A stretch of 64,000 nucleotides of DNA. Origin: Terriglobia bacterium (lineage in GTDB: Bacteria; Acidobacteriota; Polarisedimenticolia; Polarisedimenticolales; JAIQFR01). The stretch covers positions 192,001 to 256,000 of the forward strand of contig CAVVHE010000004.1 in NCBI GenBank assembly GCA_963748015.1. The letters run 5' to 3'. A program made the position numbers and the translations under genes. Shown here in pieces: positions 61,601 to 64,000 of the stretch. Each line of letters opens with the position of its first letter. Position 1 is the first letter of the stretch. The notes beneath the pieces were generated by a model. That model did not search any database, was not told the DNA's origin, and saw nothing but the letters and a program-made list of their open reading frames with translations.

Positions 61601-63310
61601 GCCGGAAGCGGCGCTCGCGGGGCCCGTGCCGGAGGTGATGGGGCCGGAGCCCTGGAAGGCCGCGCCGCCGTCGTTCGCGGTGTACGAGGCGCCGACGACG
61701 ATGGCGTTCTTCGCCGTGGCCGGATCAAAGCTGCGGAACGGATCCGGGATGAAGTCGCGGTCCGAGTCGCGGCCCGAGTTCCCGGCGGCGACGAACAGCA
61801 TCGCGTCCGGGTAGTCGTACAGGAAACCGTCCACCTGCGGGGAGTAGACGTTGTACTTGCTCAGGTCGGCGGTCTGGACGGACTGCCAGGACCAGTTGTA
61901 GACCTTGGCCCCGTAGTTGCCATAGGCGTAGCAGAGGGTGCCGTTGGCCGTGCCCACGCCGAGGGTGCACGGAGTCCCGGTCGCGTAAGCGGTTCCGGGC
62001 TTCAGTGCGGTGGAGGTCGGGCCGGTGCAAGCGGTCAGGGTCGTGGAGACCTGGCAGTCGAAGGCGCCGATCTTGGCGCCCGGCGCCACGCCGTCCACCT
62101 TCCAGGGCCGCTTGGTGTTCGCGTCGATCGCGTACCACGAGCCGCCGTACGCCACCGACGTCTTCGAGGCGTTGCCCATCGCGACGGAAGCCACGATGTG
62201 GCCGTGCGTGAAGCCGCCGTTCGCCGGCGCGTCGCAGGCGAGCAGGTCGCCCGTGCCGGTGCCGAAGCCCGTCGTGGAAAGGTAGCTCACCACCTTGCGG
62301 TGCGCCGGGCCGGGCGTGCCGGCGTTGGTCTTCGTGTCGGAGAGATCGCCGGCGTCGATCGAGATGCCGGTGTCGGTGATCGAGAGGACCTGCGCGGGAG
62401 CGAGGCCGTTGCCGCCGCCGTCGACGCCGGCATCGTGATACGGCGTCGCGCCGAGGTTCCATGCCCCGGTCTGGATCAGCGTCGTCGACTTCTCGTCCGC
62501 CGGAACGTAGAGGCTCTCCTCGTAGACGGCATACACCGGCTCGAGCGAGGCCACGTTCGCCATCTTGCTGCGGTCGATGTCCACGTCGATCTGGTCGGAA
62601 ACGACCGACTTGATCGTGCCGCCCATGGCCTGCACGGCCTGCGCGACCGAGGCGGCGTCCTCGCCCGGGAAGAGCCGGAGCACGAGCGAGTACACGCTCG
62701 AGAGGGCCTTCGCCGGATCCGCGAGGGGCGTTCTGCCGATGTTCGGGTCGAGCTTGAACGCGGGGTGATAGGGCTCGAGGAAGCTGACCTGCCCCTGCAC
62801 CGCCGCGTAGCCGGCCGACGTCAGGCGAACGATGAACCCGTCCGGGCCCATGTTCTGCGAGATCGCGCCGCCGGCGGACTCGATGGCCGCCTTCATGCGA
62901 AGGAACGACCCGTCGCTGTAGCTCGCGGTGTCGACCTGCATCAGGAAGTACTGAGCCTTCTGCTTCCCGAGCTTGAAGGTCGTCCGCAGCTCCTGCGGGA
63001 TGGCGGGAATTCCGCGATTCGTGTCGATCGCGCCCGCGACCGTGAAGAGCACGCCCTTGGCGGGCGGGTTCACCATGTCAACTTCCCCGAAATAGGGGCC
63101 GGTGGCGTAGGGCCACTGGTAGTTGGCACGGGGGTACAGCGTCGGGAGATTGGCGTCCGTTTCCTCGGCGGTGATGAGCGACTGCTTGCCTGCGTCAGGT
63201 GCCTTGGCAGGCTGCGCGGCAATCGCCCCCGTCATCGGAAGCAGAGCCAGGCTCGCGACGGCTGCGGCCAGGATAAGGCCTTTCCAGCCAGCGAGTAAAC
63301 GACTGTGCAT
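55688..63310 (-). CDS. Giant secreted modular S8 (subtilisin-like) serine peptidase, 2540 aa
   Basis: AGGAGG RBS, signal peptide; ITDTG, THGHIV, GVAPGAKI, FVAAGN, GSSFS, SGALLKS, QGYGRI, LAW..NDLDL; later beta-sandwich and PKD-like (VVLDASSS, YRFS) modules. Confidence 0.88.
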   Translation of the reverse strand: MHSRLLAGWKGLILAAAVASLALLPMTGAIAAQPAKAPDAGKQSLITAEETDANLPTLYPRANYQWPYATGPYFGEVDMVNPPAKGVLFTVAGAIDTNRGIPAIPQELRTTFKLGKQKAQYFLMQVDTASYSDGSFLRMKAAIESAGGAISQNMGPDGFIVRLTSAGYAAVQGQVSFLEPYHPAFKLDPNIGRTPLADPAKALSSVYSLVLRLFPGEDAASVAQAVQAMGGTIKSVVSDQIDVDIDRSKMANVASLEPVYAVYEESLYVPADEKSTTLIQTGAWNLGATPYHDAGVDGGGNGLAPAQVLSITDTGISIDAGDLSDTKTNAGTPGPAHRKVVSYLSTTGFGTGTGDLLACDAPANGGFTHGHIVASVAMGNASKTSVAYGGSWYAIDANTKRPWKVDGVAPGAKIGAFDCQVSTTLTACTGPTSTALKPGTAYATGTPCTLGVGTANGTLCYAYGNYGAKVYNWSWQSVQTADLSKYNVYSPQVDGFLYDYPDAMLFVAAGNSGRDSDRDFIPDPFRSFDPATAKNAIVVGASYTANDGGAAFQGSGPITSGTGPASAASGRITPLVRAPGSDLGALGVGSTYACRSNDNDQLNPVQCDIPSGQGGSSFSSAAAAGAGLLVRDYFAQGFYPDGTSTNPGNAADQVPNISGALLKSVLMLSGEFMDGLFLENAPRLNAKYRFNYEQGYGRIQLSNVLPLTTYQTPPSMIIADGGIPGGRNDMLPGITGTITAASTQSYSFTVNDTSHELRVGLAWVEAAGDLMANDLDLQLVSPSGKTYIGNYFVDDFPPAASPFLRNRVLDAGEDCRIAPWCQTGIIDPSRWSLPYDAVNQTLANIWDRKNPTEAIFLSPKFNPTNPASNQLETGTWTVSVIGTTVPVSQNYALVIVGAVSRGSWAGIDVHRIVGGTDTVVGGDIACNDKVQVVIDEFADVADPLGALTPAIIKARTVVQVVDAGTDRIYGTVDDVVVDTEQVGSFVQVPGTNVYKSNEMTISANTVPDSGNSALDVRDGQYVKVTYSDVGATRTAVKTVNCRVQFEFGAAKFALYGQDASAAVNGGCERDARGYFTAIYGYPDQYMDHGELVDFQMFIRQFDTVDLTDAQASLKAVLHDTDSPQSCRPYTKDCADPNRTNNPVVDQSIMRVLDSPKSIGFVPSLFETQQYRFTAPVFAISFTVQMGNFTGLYDADLLLGISAKKSGKAAEGLVVYRTWLNANEQATYYSTDFPTGGVTELYDWNNNETIENPTTFLGDVNNVNDYHFETVTWSDLTAGGTRNMAIQAPWNFDTNNGGFTSGIVINSTTTLSPTPANWGEDYNYNNSLDTGEDRDPINGVLDQNWSTRGGCGWMTKGGNPTGGIWHTGTIYDPAASGTVACMVDGATLGQCQRTESIAALAGSGRFFWENLQTPIVQKPNLATDSEGRYLYRTQFTNWAWNMEIDIPDSWSRLSWELDTDVDALRPVTLNGDNARFNSMLGPLGAITGGNWPLFNGYPQFADYNDSVTQNGTIGGNREAKNCCLFEDAGTAGRILPPIFPHPVDDDLRNGWCNAPANPNDKQTSCTAATAAADCQPPKYDGTCNFDSGTTTDQFVKLNGPIRNMNMTAVNGFIEGRFTTFEDTYGDDGINWQGAVGYMVNEYIPGNPPQVKGYGVAIDDMVLEWKEISVAEDTTTTCATGACATLDIATTQTYQSLGRIDLTVTDYSPGKPAGGNNDCNHNGVYTDVGDVVDCDGNGARDVYVLVTSVAEPTGEWVALNETSTGSRVFKGNLPVSSAYNSPGTLYVRREGTVQPTAIIQYNDPDDGTGNPCQPNPNPTLWGFLQANVTLNVSTGRVVVKSSRITNDVGKGDGDAFADTNETVNMYITVSNKTGKAITNLVARLASNSPYVDCILQPSIVLPALANGAVVEIPTPFVWKVTSGAVRLAGQEFNDISAAFNITLSSDQFDASESAQAITQDLDLDVTGGGAPSTFLESFEGTGGPGDFGLFTSMSLDSAYTAVDPPASTVLANGTRCPYNDPDYVNSNSYGETYCYPGFSYGVIAPFDWHVHRTSNSDGGRAYIGSQSVHWGRHKVSTDPDRDTEALSALQALAMAAPVYLGYTAQPEFSFKHQIALMDFRVLNSPYLQGPDRAVVHLQLADPLTGNPAGIWQKLYPYQQIYDVQPTNNYINCTFDPTDDGNDEDSYFAPADPNRFYGPSSTCMPEFVFSQQGDTNWRSPWIAGNTLRSSDDPVGLQGSINRGNWVETRFNLDRFKGRAARLRMLVSTIKVGDAPDAIAALGSSFAPRPTDDGWFIDDVQVSNTLTSPAVVSADVAANSGLPACPSTCTSVTASLAATPGASSGPGQQVVLDASSSAADRCVGGVLQYRFSVGATVVQDWSDLGSLIDTPLVTTNYTVDVRCSTLSTCAGTTSTVVTVGCPTTGTLAWTGPLSVTKTGGLGGVEPDQNLTIAWGGSGWTDVTRGDLGILRNLKTFTGSALACTLNDTLGTSTTDGSTVLPNNGFYFLGRGATCNVNPYNYTDASASEKVGRNAQLVADGVSCP

Positions 63311-63554
63311 AACCCTCCTCCTGCATCGGTTAAAAGGAACACGACAGTTAGAGAAGACAGCGCGATACACGGTTCCCCCTTGGGGCAGCGTTCATGTACG
63401 GTGATAGCAACCCCTTGTCAAGAAGGTTTGCCCGCTGTTTTGCGGTTTCCCTCACCGCAGTCATCCGGCCCGAAGTGCTAGGATAGACGGGCCTTGGACG
63501 CGGGGGGAGAGGGCCGTATCCCGGTCCCATGAGCCCGTCGTCACGGGGACGATT

Positions 63555-64000
63555 TTGAAGACGGAAATAGTTATAAAAAGACAAGTCGCCGTGGGCGTCC
63601 TGCGCGACGCGGGGAGCGTGGTGGTCGCCTTTTCGGGGGGGGTGGACTCGGCCGTCCTGCTCGCCCTGGCCGTGGAGGCCCTGGGCCCCTCCAAGGTGCT
63701 CGCGGTGACCGGCCGGTCGGCCTCCCTCCCGTCCCGGGACCGGTCGGACGCGGCGGCGGTCGCCGCGGCCCTCGGCGTTCCCCACCTGGAGATCGACCCG
63801 GGGGAGCTGGAGCGGCCGGCCTACCGGGCGAACGCCGGGGACCGCTGCTACCACTGCCGGACCGCCCTGTTCGAGGCGCTCGAGCGGATCGCGGCCGAGC
63901 GAGGGCTCGCCGCGGTGGCCTACGGGGCGATCGCGGACGACCGCGGGGACTTTCGCCCCGGCATGCAGGCCGCCTCGGAGCACCGCATTCTCGCCCCGCT
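63555..64000 (+). CDS. larE: ATP-dependent sacrificial sulfur transferase LarE-like protein, truncated by window end
   Basis: Read manually, absent from the ORF track: VVVAFSGGVDS PP-loop, N..DRCYHCR, DD.GDFRPG..AA.E. Confidence 0.88.
   Translation, partial: MKTEIVIKRQVAVGVLRDAGSVVVAFSGGVDSAVLLALAVEALGPSKVLAVTGRSASLPSRDRSDAAAVAAALGVPHLEIDPGELERPAYRANAGDRCYHCRTALFEALERIAAERGLAAVAYGAIADDRGDFRPGMQAASEHRILAP

Noticed and set aside
56186..63298. 2370-aa ORF antisense to the subtilase, and similar long shadow ORFs (298..3474, 15547..18255, 30191..32998, 34417..38931)
   Set aside because: They mirror real genes on the other strand, have no motifs, and are expected from strong GC3 codon bias
63635..63642. 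G8 homopolymer in larE as a phase-variation tract
   Set aside because: It encodes the conserved SGGV PP-loop in frame

Overview
High-GC window, most likely from an Acidobacteriota genome (judged by eye from the 16S sequence and gene order, not by search). It is mostly core genome: lpxC with an NtrY/NtrX-like two-component pair, an ECF sigma/zinc anti-sigma pair, two tandem GGDEF-PilZ paralogues, tsaB-rimI, psd-pssA, an Asd-like pseudoenzyme, lolC/E-lolD, clpC, bamA-skp-lpxD-fabZ-lpxA, a serine hydrolase, a TonB-like protein, a DEAD-box helicase, rsmD, a LysM protein, the rimP-nusA-infB-rbfA-truB-rpsO-pnp cluster, a full rRNA operon with tRNA-Ile and tRNA-Ala, yebC-ruvCAB and a partial larE. 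Accessory content: a secreted Cys-rich beta-helix protein with a C-terminal dockerin followed by a frameshifted cohesin-like lipoprotein, an IS1-like element with clear inverted repeats but no normal target duplication, and a 2540-aa modular subtilase. The strongest unexplained signal is non-coding. Two ~158-bp intergenic elements (15347-15505 on +, 23812-23968 on -) fold into the same three-way junction, with a 33-34-bp stem, a 17-bp stem and a bulged hairpin. Their junction nucleotides are conserved and their stems differ by compensatory substitutions. I do not recognise this family. Start codons were re-chosen by eye from RBS and homology, so several differ from the ORF track.
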